Assembly (NCBI GenBank): GCA_001179505.1
Contig: CDMY01000227.1
Coordinates: 558,001-622,000, forward strand
Length of the DNA: 64,000 nt
Origin: Vitrella brassicaformis CCMP3155
Taxonomy: Eukaryota > Protista > Chromerida
Reading direction: 5' to 3'
Shown: positions 23,553 to 38,000 of the stretch, piece after piece
Numbering within the stretch: the stretch's first letter is position 1
Layout of the letters: each line of letters opens with the position of its first letter
Position numbers and translations under genes: made by a program
Notes under the pieces: generated by a model
What the model was told of the DNA's origin: nothing
Databases searched by the model: none
The model's input: the letters and a program-made list of their open reading frames with translations, nothing else

Positions 23553-23881
23553 GGCCGCCCGACTCATGACGGAAGGAGGAAAGAAGGGAGCGGAATGACG
23601 AAAGAGCCCACAATCAATGTTGACTCAATGGACGTGTGAGCGGTGTGAAGCACGTCAAAGTCACAGATCTTGAATGTTGCGTCATTGATGGAGTGACATC
23701 GCTTGTGAGCATTTACGTTTTGGCGAGAGGAATTGCAGAGGGGAGCACACTGGACAGGGCCACGCACACACGCATGGTTGGTCAGTCTCCACGCACACAC
23801 CCATCGTTTCATTCCCTTCCCCTCTGCTGTGCTGTGCTATCTACGTAAGTCTGCCGTCCGTCCATCCATTCACTCAGCGAC

Positions 23882-26800
23882 TCACGACCCCTTCGGCACG
23901 GCCGCAGCAGCCGCTGCTGCAGCCCCGCCACCGCCCCCGCCCTGCTGCTGCTGGCGGCCGAAGCTGAAGGCCACCTCGTTGCCACCGCCCCCTCCCGCCT
24001 TGCGGGGCGCCACCGCCGCCTGCTGCTGCTGCTGCTGGTATCTGGGCTCGGTCTTGTTGGCTTTGTGCAGTGCCTCCTTGTGTTTGCGCCTGTGTCGCCA
24101 GTGCTTGACGTCCTCCTGGAAGTCGGTCTCGGGGCTGAAGATGTTCCGGCACATGAAGTTCTTCTTGATCCAACGCGACTGATACACACACACACACACA
24201 CACAGCCATTACACATAGAGGTGGGGCGATGTGAGAATGGGATGAGTGTGTGTGTCTGCGCGTCGGTCGGTTCGGGCAACCTGCAGCAGTTGCTCGAGGG
24301 AGGGGCGACATGAAGGGTCCTGAGTGAAAGAAAGAGACAGAGAAGACTTGCATAGCTGGATAGATGGGTGTCCCTTTCCACNNNNNNNNNNNNNNNNNNN
24401 NNNNNNNNNNNNNNNNNNNNNNNNNNNNNNNNNNNNNNNNNNNNNNNNNNNNNNNNNNNNNNNNNNNNNNNNNNNNNNNNNNNNNNNNNNNNNNNNNNNN
24501 NNNNNNNNNNNNNNNNNNNNNNNNNNNNNNNNNNNNNNNNNNNNNNNNNNNNNNNNNNNNNNNNNNNNNNNNNNNNNNNNNNNNNNNNNNNNNNNNNNNN
24601 NNNNNNNNNNNNNNNNNNNNNNNNNNNNNNNNNNNNNNNNNNNNNNNNNNNNNNNNNNNNNNNNNNNNNNNNNNNNNNNNNGGGAGGGCAGGGCAGGGGG
24701 CTCTCTTCTGGCGGCCATACGCGTGTGTGTGTGTATATATGTCAGCCACCTGCCAACCCACCTTGTGCAGGCACATATCGATGAACTCGCGCAACTCGGT
24801 GCTGAACTTGTCCGGGTACTGAATGCAGACAGACAGACAGACAGACAGACGTCCCGTGCGTTGCGTCTGGTGTGTGGTTGGCCACGTATGTATGTGTGTG
24901 TGTGTCTGTGTGGTTGGTCAAGTACCTGCTGTCTGAGGTTTTTGATTGCCTCTTTCTGCGCGTCCTCGTCGGGATCGGCCTTGAACGGCGCGTGCGATGA
25001 CTGGTCATCACACACACACACACACACAAAACACACATGGATGAATCGGTGTGTGTGGCGGTGCATCTGTGGGTGCGTACACAGAGTTCGTATGCGAGTA
25101 CGCCGAGTGCCCATATGTCGGCCTCAGCACCATAACGCTCCTTGCGCAGCATCTCGGGCGGGATGTAGTCTGAAGCAATGAAATGAAAGAAACGAACAGC
25201 TCTTCTTCATCTAGTCTTCTGTGTGTGTGGAGGGGTGTGGTGCGGTGTTGACCTGCGGTGCCGCAGAATGTCTTGCGGCCGCGGGGCCGGGCGCGCGAGT
25301 GGTCCGACCAGCCGAAGTCAGCCTGATGCATCAAGACACACACCAAGACACACATCAAGAGAGCGGCTTGGTCTGCATGGGTGTGTATGTGTTTATGTGT
25401 GTATTGTTTGTGGGTATTGATTATGATGTGTGCTACGAGTTTGAGGCAGTGCATCGATTTCTGAAGGATACACACAGGCAGGGAGGCGTGTGAGCCTGTG
25501 CTTGTGTCATGTGTTGTTGGCGGCATGTGTGTATTCAGTGCCGACCCCGCCATCGAACGAGCCTACGAGGATGTTCTCCTGCAGCCGACACGTGCACACA
25601 GCCTAGCCTTGGGAGAGAGTGCTGTGCTGCGCTGTGTGATGCATTGTGGTGGTCTGGTCTTGTTACTGTCTGTCTGTCTGTCTGCCTTTGTATTGTGCGT
25701 ACTGGTTTGATGTCTCTGTGGATGATGTGTTTGGAGTGGAGGTACTTCAACGCCCAGATGATCTGCTTCATGTACCTAAACTCAACACAACACACAACAC
25801 ACAAGACGTCCCCTCGAGTGTGTGCCTGTGCGTCTGTGTGTCTCTGTGTGTGGTGCCCATCCATCCATCCATCCATCCATTCATCAGGCTGACCCGGCGG
25901 CCTGGGTCTCTCCGAGTCCGTCGGCTGGTATCTTGTGGAAGAGGTCGCCGTCGGGCATGCACTCCAACACCAAGTAGATCTTCTTGTCGTCCCAGAAAAA
26001 CGTCAACATGCTACACACACACACACACACACACATCGACATATATGGGCACACAGGGGGAGGGAGGGAGGGAGGGAGGGTGAAGTGGGTGTGAATGGTT
26101 CTGCGGGTGTGGGTGCGATACCGGAGTATGTTTGGGTGTCTGAGGTGCCCCTGATTCTCTATCTCTACGACTACGTTCTTCTCCGCGCCCTCCCTGATGC
26201 CAACCAACCAACCACACACACGCCCAGACACAGAGAGGGAGGGAGGGAGGGAGGGGGAGAGAGGGGTGTATGTGTGTGGTGCGTGTGTGTTGTCCTTGTG
26301 TGCCAGCTGACATACGAGATGATCTGCGACTTGGTCATGATTTTGATGGCCACGATGTAGCCCGTGCGGCGCTCGCGACCAACGTACACCGCACCGTAGC
26401 GGCCGTCACCCTACACACAAGTCAACGCACGAGACACATCCGCCCGTCCATGTGTGCATTTGTGTGTGTGCGCGCGAGTACCAGTTTGCATCCTACGTCG
26501 AAGTCCTGCATGGTCCAGCGGCCCTGCGGGTCGCAGTGTATCATGTCCGCCGACGCCACGCTGTCAGACATCTGGCCGGGGGTCGCATACAGGTGGCCAC
26601 CCACACGCGACTGCAACGAACTCCCTACACCGCTGCACAAACGACACACACATACACACACACACACACACACGAAACCGGCCGAGAAAGGGCTGCTGGA
26701 TGGATGGATGGATGGGCTTACGCACCCAGCGGCTGCAAAGGCAAAGAGGGGTAGGGCGGAAAGAGGAAGAGATGGAAAGTTTGTCGATGGGTGTGCGGTG

Positions 26801-27906
26801 CGTTTGTGTGTTGGTCGGTCATGTTATATGTGCGTACGTCTGGTCATGTCGCATATCTTTTTGATGGCGCCGCTGATGTGTTTGAGCAGCTCCGGGCCCA
26901 CCTCGTCGCACACGACACCCATCGGCAGACCCATCTCACGCAACATGTGGTGACTGCACCACATCACATCACATCACATCACATTTGTCCATCCATGTGT
27001 ATGTGTAGGAGTGTGCGTGTGTCTTCCTTTCCATTCCATATCCTACTTGCGATCTCTGTCCAACTCTGCCTGCGACTGAACTCACACACATAGACACACA
27101 CACACAGGGAGGAAAAGGCCAGGCCATCCTATTTATTTGTGGCTGGAGATGTGTGTGTGCTTGATAGATCCATCCATCCATCCATCCAAACGTCCGCACC
27201 TGTGCTAGGTAGATGATGCCGATCTTGGTCTGCCCCCTCTGCACCGAAGGCATGCCCTTCAACTTCAACCACTGCACCCAACATCCATCCAACCATCCAT
27301 CCATCCATTCTCTCTCTCTCTCTCTCTGACTGTGTGTGGTGAGGCGGTATCCATCTGATGTGTGTGCATCGTATCGTGCCTGGTCCTGTAGGATGCGTTT
27401 GAGGGGCTCGTCTTTCTGCTCCTGGACGGCGGCCAGCTCCTTCTTGTTGAACAGCAGCTTGTTCATCGCCTGCCGGTCCAGCACCAAAAAGATGGCGTAC
27501 GGCGGCTCCGACAGACCCAGGCTCTTCACCACCGGCTCCAACTCACACGGAGGATCTGATGCAGCAACCACACACAGCACACAGCACACAACACACACAT
27601 ACATGGCGCCAATGCCGAATGGCGTCCTCTCTCCGTGGCCATCCCATCCTTCCCTCCATCTCTCCCGCACCCACCGATCTGTGCGGACTTTATCCGGAGT
27701 GCCAGCTCTCTGCTGATGGCGAACGTGACGTCGTTCTTGACGGCTGCCGTCCAGACTTCCGTCGCTCGGCCGCCGATGTGGCACGCCAGACCCACACCGT
27801 GGCGCACGCCGCTGCCAAATGCGGCTGGAGGACGATAACCTGAGCCTCCCAACACCGGAGGCACTCCAGACACCGGAGGCACTCCAGATGCCGACGACGC
27901 AGCCAT
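23882..27906 (-). CDS. Aurora-like Ser/Thr protein kinase with long N-terminal extension and Q/G/A-rich tail
   Basis: WTMQDFDVGCKLGDGRYGAVYVGRERRTGYIVAIKIM, EIENQGHLRHPNILR, IYLVLEC, YLHSKHIIHRDIKPEN, ADFGWSDHSRARPRGRKTFCGT, DYIPPEM, ADIWALGVLAYEL. DFGWS and the activation-loop Thr are Aurora hallmarks. Confidence 0.85.
24382..24681. other. Assembly gap (300 N) inside the Aurora-like gene
   Basis: Run of N. Confidence 0.99.
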
Positions 27907-28790
27907 AATGGCGACGGGCAGCACTTCAAACTGGCGCAGATCCCGGCGAGGTTGTGGATTCTTGGCCGAGCGAAGATGGGCAGATCTGTGCACCGATTTA
28001 TACATAAAAGAGTTGAGGAGGCAGACAGACAATTACACGCACCCCATTCCACACGGATGCAGCCAATGACTGGTCCGTCCCCACACGCACATGCAATCCA
28101 CAATATGCACACACATGGGCACATGCACTGGCAGACCCGGAGCCACTCACAGATTGAGAGATGCCCTACAAGAGATCTGCGCACATCACAGAGATAAATA
28201 CGTACATGACCGACCTCCAACCAGCCAACACACGGCGTCGGTACATTGATCACATTCCCTCCCTCCCTCCCCCCCCTCCCCCCATGCCACACGCACACAG
28301 CCACCCACCACCTCATCGACCACACTCACACAGGCATTACAGAGAGCCGAAAGCACAAGGCAGGCCGCGACGACACAACCACACAAACCTGACTTACACA
28401 CGCGCACCGGGAGCCAACAGCCGAAACGAAAGCTCAGTTAATCAACACACACATCAGCCAACAGCAACGAATGAATGAACCGACAAACAAAGCAAGAGCG
28501 CTCAGCCGACGGTGCTGTGCTGCCAGCCTCCCTTCTGACTAATGGGGTGGCCAAGCTACCTTCTGCACTATGGCTCGACGAGCGCCTTGCGCACCTGCCT
28601 GCTCGGTTGCTGGCTGCATTGACTAATGCCACGCACGCACACGCTGCACCACAAATGACCTACCAGCCAACACAGCACAGCTCAGCCCAGCCAACACCTC
28701 CCTCCCCAATCTTCCCATCCACACACAAAAAAAAGAAAAAATAATACAGCGACACACATCGCACAAACACTAGCAGCACGGCTGAACCCA

Positions 28791-29344
28791 TCAAGAGCAT
28801 TCTCCAGGCTTGACGTCACAGCACGACTGCTCATAATACAGCCTCACGAGCTGGCAGTTCCTCGGCTCACTCAGCAGCCCGCCCTCCGTGCACGAGCAGT
28901 CGGCCTGCACCTCATACTCCTGGATGCACCGCCGCGCGCAGCCCTCCGACTGTTGCTCCACTGGCCAATCGACGATGCCCTCCGGACACACCCCCGTCAT
29001 CCGTGCGTCGGCGCAGATCCGTGCGCAGGCGTCGAACCGCGCCGAGTTGATGTGGTCGAGGCACGCTGCTGGGCCGTCGACGTGGACGTGCAGTGCGCAG
29101 TGAGGGCAGAGCTGCTGCTGCTGCGTCGTGCTGCCTCTGAAGGAGGGGCGGTGCTGCGGGACCTCGTCCACTGTCACTGGACCATCTCCCTGAATGTGTA
29201 GCCACACGACGCACGACAGACGTGACACTGTGCTGTTTTGTGCTGTGCGCGAGATTGTGGTTGTGACTCACTCACCGAGCCCGAAGCACTGAAGGCGAGG
29301 ACAGCCAAAAGGACGGCAAGAAGGTATATTTCTCTCACAACCAT
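28791..29344 (-). CDS. Small secreted cysteine-rich protein (2 exons)
   Basis: Signal peptide MVVREIYLLAVLLAVLAFSASG spliced (GTGAGT...TTCAG) to an exon containing 14 Cys, including CARIC, CARRC, CSC and SCC. Confidence 0.7.
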
Positions 29345-30918
29345 CCGTGCCAGTTTCGATGCGAAGCATGCCGAAGCCAAGACACCCGTTCTCGGATGCG
29401 GTCACCGGACGGAAAGAAAGAGGCCGCGGTGTGAGCCGCTTTCTGCCTGGCGCTCAACGCGCCTTCACATCATTCGCAGTTGCATTCAGGGAGGGAATAG
29501 CAGCATACGGAAAACCGAGGGAAGATCCATTCCGTTTGTTTCACGCTGCACGAACTCGGGCAACCTTCGATGCGTGAAACCGCTCTCTCAGAGGAGGACA
29601 CGGCGTGTGGTTCCAGTCATCTGCGTGGATGAACACGGTGATCATCCAAACACACACACAGGCACACAGACAGGCAGGCAGGCAGGCAAGAGACACCCAA
29701 ACAGACGTGTCGCGCCCGCAGCGACAGTCAGCCAAAACCTCAGTCGGGTTGTCCACATCAATCAATCCGTCATGAACCATTGCAGGCAGGCAGGCAGGCA
29801 GGCAGGCAGTACGTCGACACACGTAATACATGTCGGAAAATCAGGTTCGTTCATGCAGACAGACAATCCCAGCCAGCAGTACAATCCATTCCAATCAGGC
29901 GTCGTACACAGACTGTCAAATACGGCGCATCCACACACACATACGTCCTTCCTTCTGCACATACATAGCATTCACACAGTCCGTACACATAAAAACAACC
30001 CGCTTGGAACGAACAACACGCACACAAAACGCCCACACGCAACCCCTCCCTCCCCCCCTCCCGTCTGAATGCATTGCATGCACGGAACAGGATGGCACGG
30101 AGGCCGCGTGTGTGGCATATGTATGTATGCCAGCGCAGTGGTCACACAGAGCCTCACGAGGATGGATGCACCACCATGGATCATCAAGGCAGCCAGGCAG
30201 GCAGGGCGGCAAGGCGGCAGGCAGGCAGGATTGGATAGGATGGGGGGTCAAAGGAAAAGCGTGGCAAAGCATTCATTCAGGCAGGGCGACTCATCCAGGC
30301 AGGTAGGCCGTGAATTCTGTCTCAATCACGATGGATAGATAGCCATTCATTCAAAAATGCGACCAAGTGTGTGATATCCACTCACACAACACAAGTGTGG
30401 TGTGGTGCGGTGAGTGTGTCAGTCGGCATGAGCGAGTGAGTGAGTCCTGGCTTTCCCTCCCTCCCTCCCTCCCTCCGTCTCTCTACCGCATCACCGCGCG
30501 TATACGGCTGGCCGCTTGGTTCCACACACAGCGCGGCACAGCACAGGTATGTATGTGTTATGGCGTGTCACGGATCCGTCAAGCGGGCGCTGGCACCGCC
30601 GGTAAAAAGCATGCAAGTGCCGCACACCCGACGGACCGACGGACGGACGGATGTGCCTGCCTACATTACGTACTGACTGTACAGCTGCTGTGTGTCACAC
30701 ATGTGTGCGCATCTCATGGATACGGACGGACGTGAACGGATCTCTCTCGCTCGGTCGCTCCCCCCCTCCCCTCCTCCCTCCGTCTGTTCCCCCGCCCTCA
30801 CACCAACACCCCATTGCCCGACAAACAAAACACGCACAGATACATACATACGCATATGAAGAGAGCACCCACCCCCCATGTGTCAGGCTGGCACCCTGTC
30901 TGTCTGGCTAAGTCGCTG

Positions 30919-31869
30919 TCACTGGTAGATTCTCGTTCGAATGAAAGAGCCGGGCGTGAGGACCAGCGTGTTGACCAGAATGGCCAGCTGCTTGTCGGCC
31001 TGCGTGTGAGCCTGCCCCTGGTCGCCGTCGGAGTCGCTGTGCACCGACCCGTGTGTGGGTGAGGTGTGCTCGCTCGATTTGCTGCTGGTGGTCGACGCCC
31101 GCGAGAAGCCGCCGCCGCCCTCCTTGTCCTCCTCCCAGGTCGTACTCGAGGGGCTGCCGAACACAAACGTGAAGCTGCAGCGAGCCTGAGAGCGAAACAA
31201 ACACACAACAACCAACAGTCATGAAGAACACGCCACTCGGTTGTGTTGTGTGTCTGTGTATGCGTCTAGATGAGATGTACCTCTGATATGTATTTGTCGT
31301 CCGTGAATAGGAGGTTGCAGTGGCCCGAGTAGGCGGTTGCTCTGCCGAGGTCCGTGAGGTCGCTCTCACTCACATCAGACGACACCAGAACCTCAACCTG
31401 ACACACAACACAACAAAAAACCGACACACACCACGTCAACACGACCGACACGCACATGTACAGGCAGGCAGCTTCGGTCACGTACGTCACCTTGGTCTGG
31501 TTGAATAGTTCTTGGAATGCCAGCATGATGTTGCCATTTCCCTTGTGCAGGCCAGCCGACGCCGACTTGCCGTCGGGAGGGATGTTGAGGATGAGCGAGG
31601 ACGAGTCGCTGTACAGCTCCGACACGGCCGACGCGTCGCCACTCTCCACGGCACACTTCCACTGCGCAAGCACTGATGAAATGCCGTCGCTGCGCTGCAT
31701 ATATACACACCCACACGTACAGCCACACGAATGAGAGAGAGAGATTGATTGACTGGCCTCTCCTCTCGGTCTGTATCCTCTGACTGACCTGTGCAGGCTT
31801 AGGCAGCCGAGTGGTGCTCTTCGCCTCGGGGTCGGACTCCGTGAACGACTCCATTACCTCGCCCACCAT
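30919..31869 (-). CDS. NTF2/SnoaL-like fold protein (multi-exon)
   Basis: SVLAQWKCAVESGDASAVSELYSDSSSLIL...GNGNIMLAFQELF resembles the NTF2/SnoaL N-terminal helices. Later exons have beta-strand-like patterns. Fold call is inference. Confidence 0.6.
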
Positions 31870-32039
31870 CACAAAAACGCGGAAATGAGATGCCCTCTCA
31901 ACCAATGCCTCTTCGCCTGTATTCCTGTGCTCGGGAATAGGGCGAGGAAAAAAGTAGGCAAACCTCACAGGAATTTCGAGCGCGATCTTTTCCAGACAGA
32001 GTGGGGGCGCCCCCAGTCTTTTTCCTCGGGCCGCAAACA

Positions 32040-35000
32040 ATGGAGGCCATGGATGCCAGCATCGAGCTCAAGCCGCAGCTTCAGAACCTGCCCTCTGGTG
32101 GTAGTGAAAAAGGTGAATGCAGGGCAATCGAGCGACCGATGACGCGTTTCGAGCGTTCGCAGTCCTATGGTGGGTGGGAGGATACACAAGTAGCAAGTGT
32201 CTGTCGTGCACGCAACGTTCACCAACCAACGGCTCGCTCGTCATCATTGGTGAACGTTGCGTGTACGAGGTGCTCCATCATCCTTACGCACAGAGTGGCC
32301 ACGTCACTGGATTTCTTCCCTTGGTTTTTCCCTTGCAGGCATCGACTGTGAGGATGAACTTATATGGCAGAACTGGACGGTCGGCGGTGAGGTGAAGAAG
32401 CGGCTGGTGATCCGGAATGTCAGCCTGGTCACCCAGACAGTGCAGTACAAAGTGCCCAAGACCAAGCTCTTCAACATGGACTTCCCCCAGACTATCAAGC
32501 TGCCGCCCGGGATGGAGAAGGTCCTCATCGTGGCCTTCAGGCCCATCATGTACCAGCCGTACGTCGACTCAATCGAAATCATCACCAAGAAGGGCACCTT
32601 CCACGTGGCCGTCAAGGTAGGCACTCATGCATTCATGGGGTCGAATGGCTGTCGGTGCATCCCTGTGTCTGCCGGCCAGGCGCTTGTGAGGGAGGCTTCC
32701 CTCACCGTCCCAGAGGGCGTGGATTTCGGTCTCTGTCCCGTGAACGAAGTGACGTCCGTGCCCATCTACGTCTACAACACGGGCACCCTCCCCTGCCGCT
32801 TCCGATGGCACTCCCTCCCTCCATTCTCTGTCTCCCCAGCGGCCGGCTGCGTGCCCGTCAGGGGGGCCGTCGAGTGCACCGTGTCCTTCACGCCGGACCG
32901 AGCATCGGTTTACGACGCGACGGTCACTTGTCACGGCCGTGCTGATGACGGCACAGATGTTGATGTGCTGGAGATCGAGGCTCACGAAGAGGGCCAAGGA
33001 GGCCTGTTGCGGCAGATGGGTGTGACGGGCATCGCCAAGGTGGCTCACTTGAAGCTGCCCCGCAGCGCCGCGCCCGAGATCCATTTCGGGTGTGCAGCCC
33101 CGGGGGTGCGGCAGGAGACCAAAATGTTGGTGCAGAACACAACACCCGTGAGGACGTCGTTTGAGGTGTGCGCCGCGTCGGGCCCTCATGAGATCGCTCC
33201 CCTGCCTCCTTTGCCCTTTCGTGTGACCCCTACACGGGGCGTCATCCCTCCTGAGGGCACTCTCGAGCTGAAATTCGCCTTCCAGAGCTGGACGGTCGGG
33301 GAGACATCGCGGCAGAGATTCCAGGTGGATGCGCCCCAGAATAATCAGTGGAGAGTGCTGTCGGCATCCGTGTGTGTGTGTGTGTGTGCCCAGGTGCGGA
33401 TGAAGAGCGGAGTGCCTCTCTGTCTCACGTGTGTGGGGCACATCGACCCCCACCCCGTCACCATTTCGACACCCAAGCTCTCATTCGGCGACGTACCGAC
33501 CGGCAAAAGGGTCGGCATACCTACCGAGCGCATGCCTATCATTACTAGTCTTTCTCTGCCTGCCTGCCTGCCTCTCTGCCTGCCTTGCAGACGTCCCGTG
33601 TGTTTCAGCTGGAGAACGGCAGCCCGCTGCCGCTGCCGTACCACTTTCCCCAGATGGACCCCGCTGGCACGTCTGTCTTCTTCCTCGACCGGCCCTCGGG
33701 CGTCGTTCCGGCCTCCTCCTTCATCAACATGACCATGTACGGCTGGCCCACCGCGGCAGCCAACTACTTCAAAAGGTTCTACTGTCTCGTCAAGGGTACC
33801 GAGGGGCCGCTGACCCTCGATGTCGTCCTGACCTGCTTTGATCCCGCTCCCAATGCGCCCAGCCGCCCGGCGCCACTCGCCATTAGCCATGTGTGGTCCT
33901 TCCGGTGAGTAGCGGGGGAAAGAGCGCTCCGGCTGGCCGTCACGTGTGGATGTTTGTTTTCCCATGTGTGAAGTAAGATGCAGCTTGGCGGCCAGAGAGA
34001 GTTCCCGAAGGACGTGCCGCCGCCTGAGAGAGAGGGCGAGACGGCGGTTGTGGCGCCACCTGAGGAGACCCCCACTGCCCTTTACATGGACCTGCTGCTC
34101 GATGACGCTTCATCTCTTAGGTGCATCACCTGGACCGATCATGGGAAAAAGACATACAACGTTGATTGCATTGCTTTCTGGCTGGTGTGTGTGCGTGTAG
34201 GGACATATGTGTGTCGCCTGATGTGCTCGACTTCGGTTCCTGTTCGCCTCTGACCATGTCACAGCCACGTGTCGTCACGGTGGCCAACCAGACGTCGCAG
34301 AAGGTGTCGTGCGTGTGGCTCATCCCAGAGCAGACAAAGCCGCCGCTCGACAAAGGCGATGCGGCGCCCTTCGTGGTGCTCCCGGAGCAAAAGGACATCC
34401 TGCCGCACTCAAGCACGGACTTCAAGTCAGTGAGCCACTCTGCATATCAGCACGGCAAAACTCACACACCATCAATCCAGCCAGCCATTCGTCTTGTGTC
34501 TCTCTGTCTGATGAAGGGTGTGCTATCGGCCGTCAGCCGTGGGCACCTTCGACACCGCCCGTCTGGAGGCCAACGTGTACCCCAAGGTCAACCGCTCCTT
34601 TCGTTTGGTGGACGCGCACCGGTTCACGCCTCCTTGGTCGGCCGGCTGCCTCGCCATGGGCAACTCCTTCGTCGCGGGGGCGAACAAGTACGTGCCGCAC
34701 AGCGAACTGTCCGAGACGGCCATCCGATTCAGGCCATGTGCCATTGGTCCGTGAACGGCGTGAATGGGTGTGTGGGTGGGTTTGTGAGCCTTCCGCTCAG
34801 AAGGCAATGGTCATGGTGTTGTTGAGTGGATGTTGTTTTGTGTGTGCGCAGGTGAGGGGCGGTATCACGTGCTGCAGCTGCGCAACCAGTCGGACACGCC
34901 AATGTCGTACCGCTTCCGGGACGCTCAGCTGGCGGCCAGGCTCCCGTCGACGGAGGACGAATCGGCCCTCCCGCCGTCAAACCCTTTCATATTCAGGTAG

Positions 35001-38000
35001 CCGATGAAGAGGCCACGAGTGGGCCACAGAGGGATAACACGCCCTGTGTGGCGTCTTTCTCAGGGCGTACCCCAAGTGCGGCTGTGTCCCGCCCCACACC
35101 TTCCATCTGCTGCTGTTCGAGTTCCGCCCCACGCAGGCCGCCAACACCACCCCCCTCACCGCCACCTTCCAGCTCGTCCTCAACGAAGATGACAAGTCTG
35201 TCCTGCCCATCGCTGTCGCAGGCCGCGCGTGGATGCCGAAAGGCGTCCTGGCACATGGCAAATCTGAAATGGTCAGTCAGACGCAGAATGGCAAGTCGTG
35301 CCTCGTTTCCATTCATTTGTGATGCATGGCATGCCATGACATGTATGTGTGTGTACAGTTTTTCCCTCCGACATGTGCAGGGGTGGCGGGTACGGACGTG
35401 GTGCCCCTCCGCAACGCCACCGAGATCCCCCTGACGTTCTCGTGCCGCCTGCCGCCCAAGGCGACGCCCCACTTCACTCTCCCCTGCCCCAGTGGCTACC
35501 TGGGGCCGGCAGAGGAGGTGTCGCTGCCGTGCCAGTTCTACCCCGCTGAAGCCAAGACATATGCCACACCCCTCTATGTGGCTCTACGCGCCGCAGCAGA
35601 TGACACACAGGCGAGACGAGGCGAGACACAGACGAGCCCTCGGTCGATAGGGGAACGTCTGTGTTGTTTGGGTGCCTTGCAGGCGGTGTTGGGTCCGCTG
35701 AGGCAGCTGGTGACGCCCCCGCCCGCGCCCTCCCCCCGTAGTTGCGAGTTGGCGCTTCGTCTGGTGGGTCAGGCGACCGGCCCTGTGCTGTCTGTGTCGC
35801 CATGCGACGTTGACCTCGGAGACGTCGCGGCGCTCGATACTGTCGAAGGACAGGTGGGAAGGGAATTGGCATCACTGTCTGGTGCACACACATGTGTGTG
35901 TGTGGGTTTGTGCAGGTGACGCTTCACAACAACTCGACGTCGGCCATCTACTACACGGTTGAGGTGCAGTTCTGCCCCCAGGAGCCATCCGACGACCTGT
36001 TCGGCCGATCCACACCTCCACCCATAGGGCCGCCCTCCGCATTCGACCAGCCCCATGACACCGAAACCAACACGGGTAGAGCAAGCGTAATGGATGATAC
36101 GTCGTGCATGTGGGATTTTTGTTTACTGCAGAGCCCGCCGGCACTGCAGCAGCGGCAGCTGCCGCAGCTCCGCCCCAGCACCCCCACTCGCCGCCTTCCC
36201 CCCTGCCCCCTCCATGCGATGACGAGCTCAACCAGCTGGACAGGCAGCAGACCAGGGGCTCCGTCTACTGGGACCAAGACAGGTCCAGACAAGCCGACGG
36301 GGCACTGCGCGTGGCGGCGGGTACAGAGGGCGATGGCGTCATAGAGGGCCGCTGCACCGAGAGGATCCGCTTCACTTTTGCGCCGATGGTCCGGGGGCCC
36401 CATCAGTACTGCGTCAACGTGGTGCCGTTCGCGCAGCCCTCAGACAAGTTCCTGGAGCGGCGACAGCTGACGTTTCCCAGGAACACCCACCACCGCAGTG
36501 AGACGGGAGCAGACACACACTCGCACAGAGGAGTCATGGATGGATGGATGGATGTGTGCAGGCGAGCGGCGACCCGAGACAGAGGAGACACTTGCAATGG
36601 AGCTGCATGCCAGCACCTCGTCGTCGATGGAGATGGACGCCATGGCTGCCGAGGCAGGTGGTGGTGCGTCGCTGAGGCCGCGCACCCGCAGCGTCCACGC
36701 GGCTCACGGGGTCAAGTTCTGGGTGGGAGCCAACGTCATGCACCCATTCTTCCAGATCGTCGACATCCGCTGCACCACCGCCGCCCTCTCGCCCTCCCAC
36801 CTGTGGGCCTCATTCCAGGCAGACAACATCAACAGGCTCTTCCGCAGCGAAGTGACGGACGGTGAGCGTGCCTTCCTGCACGCCAAGGGCATCGACGCGC
36901 GCAAGCGGCAGCTGCGGCATCTGCAGAGCTTCACGCTCGACTGCGGCGCGTTTCCCATGGGCGGCGTGCCCCCCTACTTCACCCTCACCCTGCACAACCC
37001 CGCCCCAGTTGACGTGTCCTTCCGCTTCCTCACCCCCAAGAAGTTGAGCCTCGAGGACATTCCCTTATGGGCCGATGACCTGGACATACAGGGGCAGATG
37101 CAGGGGTCGGAGGAGGCGCATTACGACTTTGTGGAGTCGAAGCGGCTGTTTGAGGTGTCCCCTGCCGCCGGGCGCATCTCTGCCCGGGGCTCGATGCAGC
37201 TGCGGCTGGCGTACCACCCACTGAAGGAGGGCTCACATGTGCTGCCGGTGGTGCTGAGTGTCGACAAGGGACACTCGGTGCTGCTCTACTTGACCGCTGC
37301 GGCCATCATTTACGGTGTGCCCAAGCTGCAAGTCAGGGCGTCAATAATGGTATGTATGGTGAGGGCGACCTCTAGAGGGTCAGTCGTCTTGCTGGTGGTG
37401 AGTGTCCTTGTCTGTCTGTCTGTCTGTCTGTCCGTGTTGGTGCATGCCATGCAGCACCTGCAGCCGGTCCCTCTGTCGATGAACCCCGGCCCCGTCCAGG
37501 CGGTCGAGGTGTACAACCGGGGGTCGAGTGCCTCCCACTGGCAGCTCGACCCCTCCTCACTCTCCGACCTCTGCCGCGACAACTTCAGCTTCCAAATCCT
37601 CCAGTGCCAGCCGCTCTCGGGCGTGCTGCAGCCCTTCACCACCACACACATCCACTTTGTCTTCACGCCGCTGGAGGCCAAGACGTACACCTGCCCAATC
37701 ACCATACGCACACACAAAGATGACACACCAGAAGCGACGGTAAGTGGCGGATGGGAGAGGGGGCAGGGGAGGGGAGAAGATCATCGACAGCCTACATACC
37801 TAGGTGTGTGCAGGTGTTGGACACGCTGACGTTTGAGCTGCACATGGAGGGTTACCAGCAGCCTGCCGACGGGTCCGCCCCAAGCGCCCTGCCGTGCGTC
37901 GACCGCAAGTTCCCCCCCACCCTGCCAGATCGCACCTTCACCGCCCCCCCAAGATGTGCTGCATTCACCTCCCTCGACGCAGTCAAGTTCTGGAAATGCC

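Noticed and set aside
29400-30830. Many short ORFs rich in QAGR, THT and DGW repeats
   Set aside because: Translations of GGCA, CA and GATG microsatellites; no coherent exon chain found
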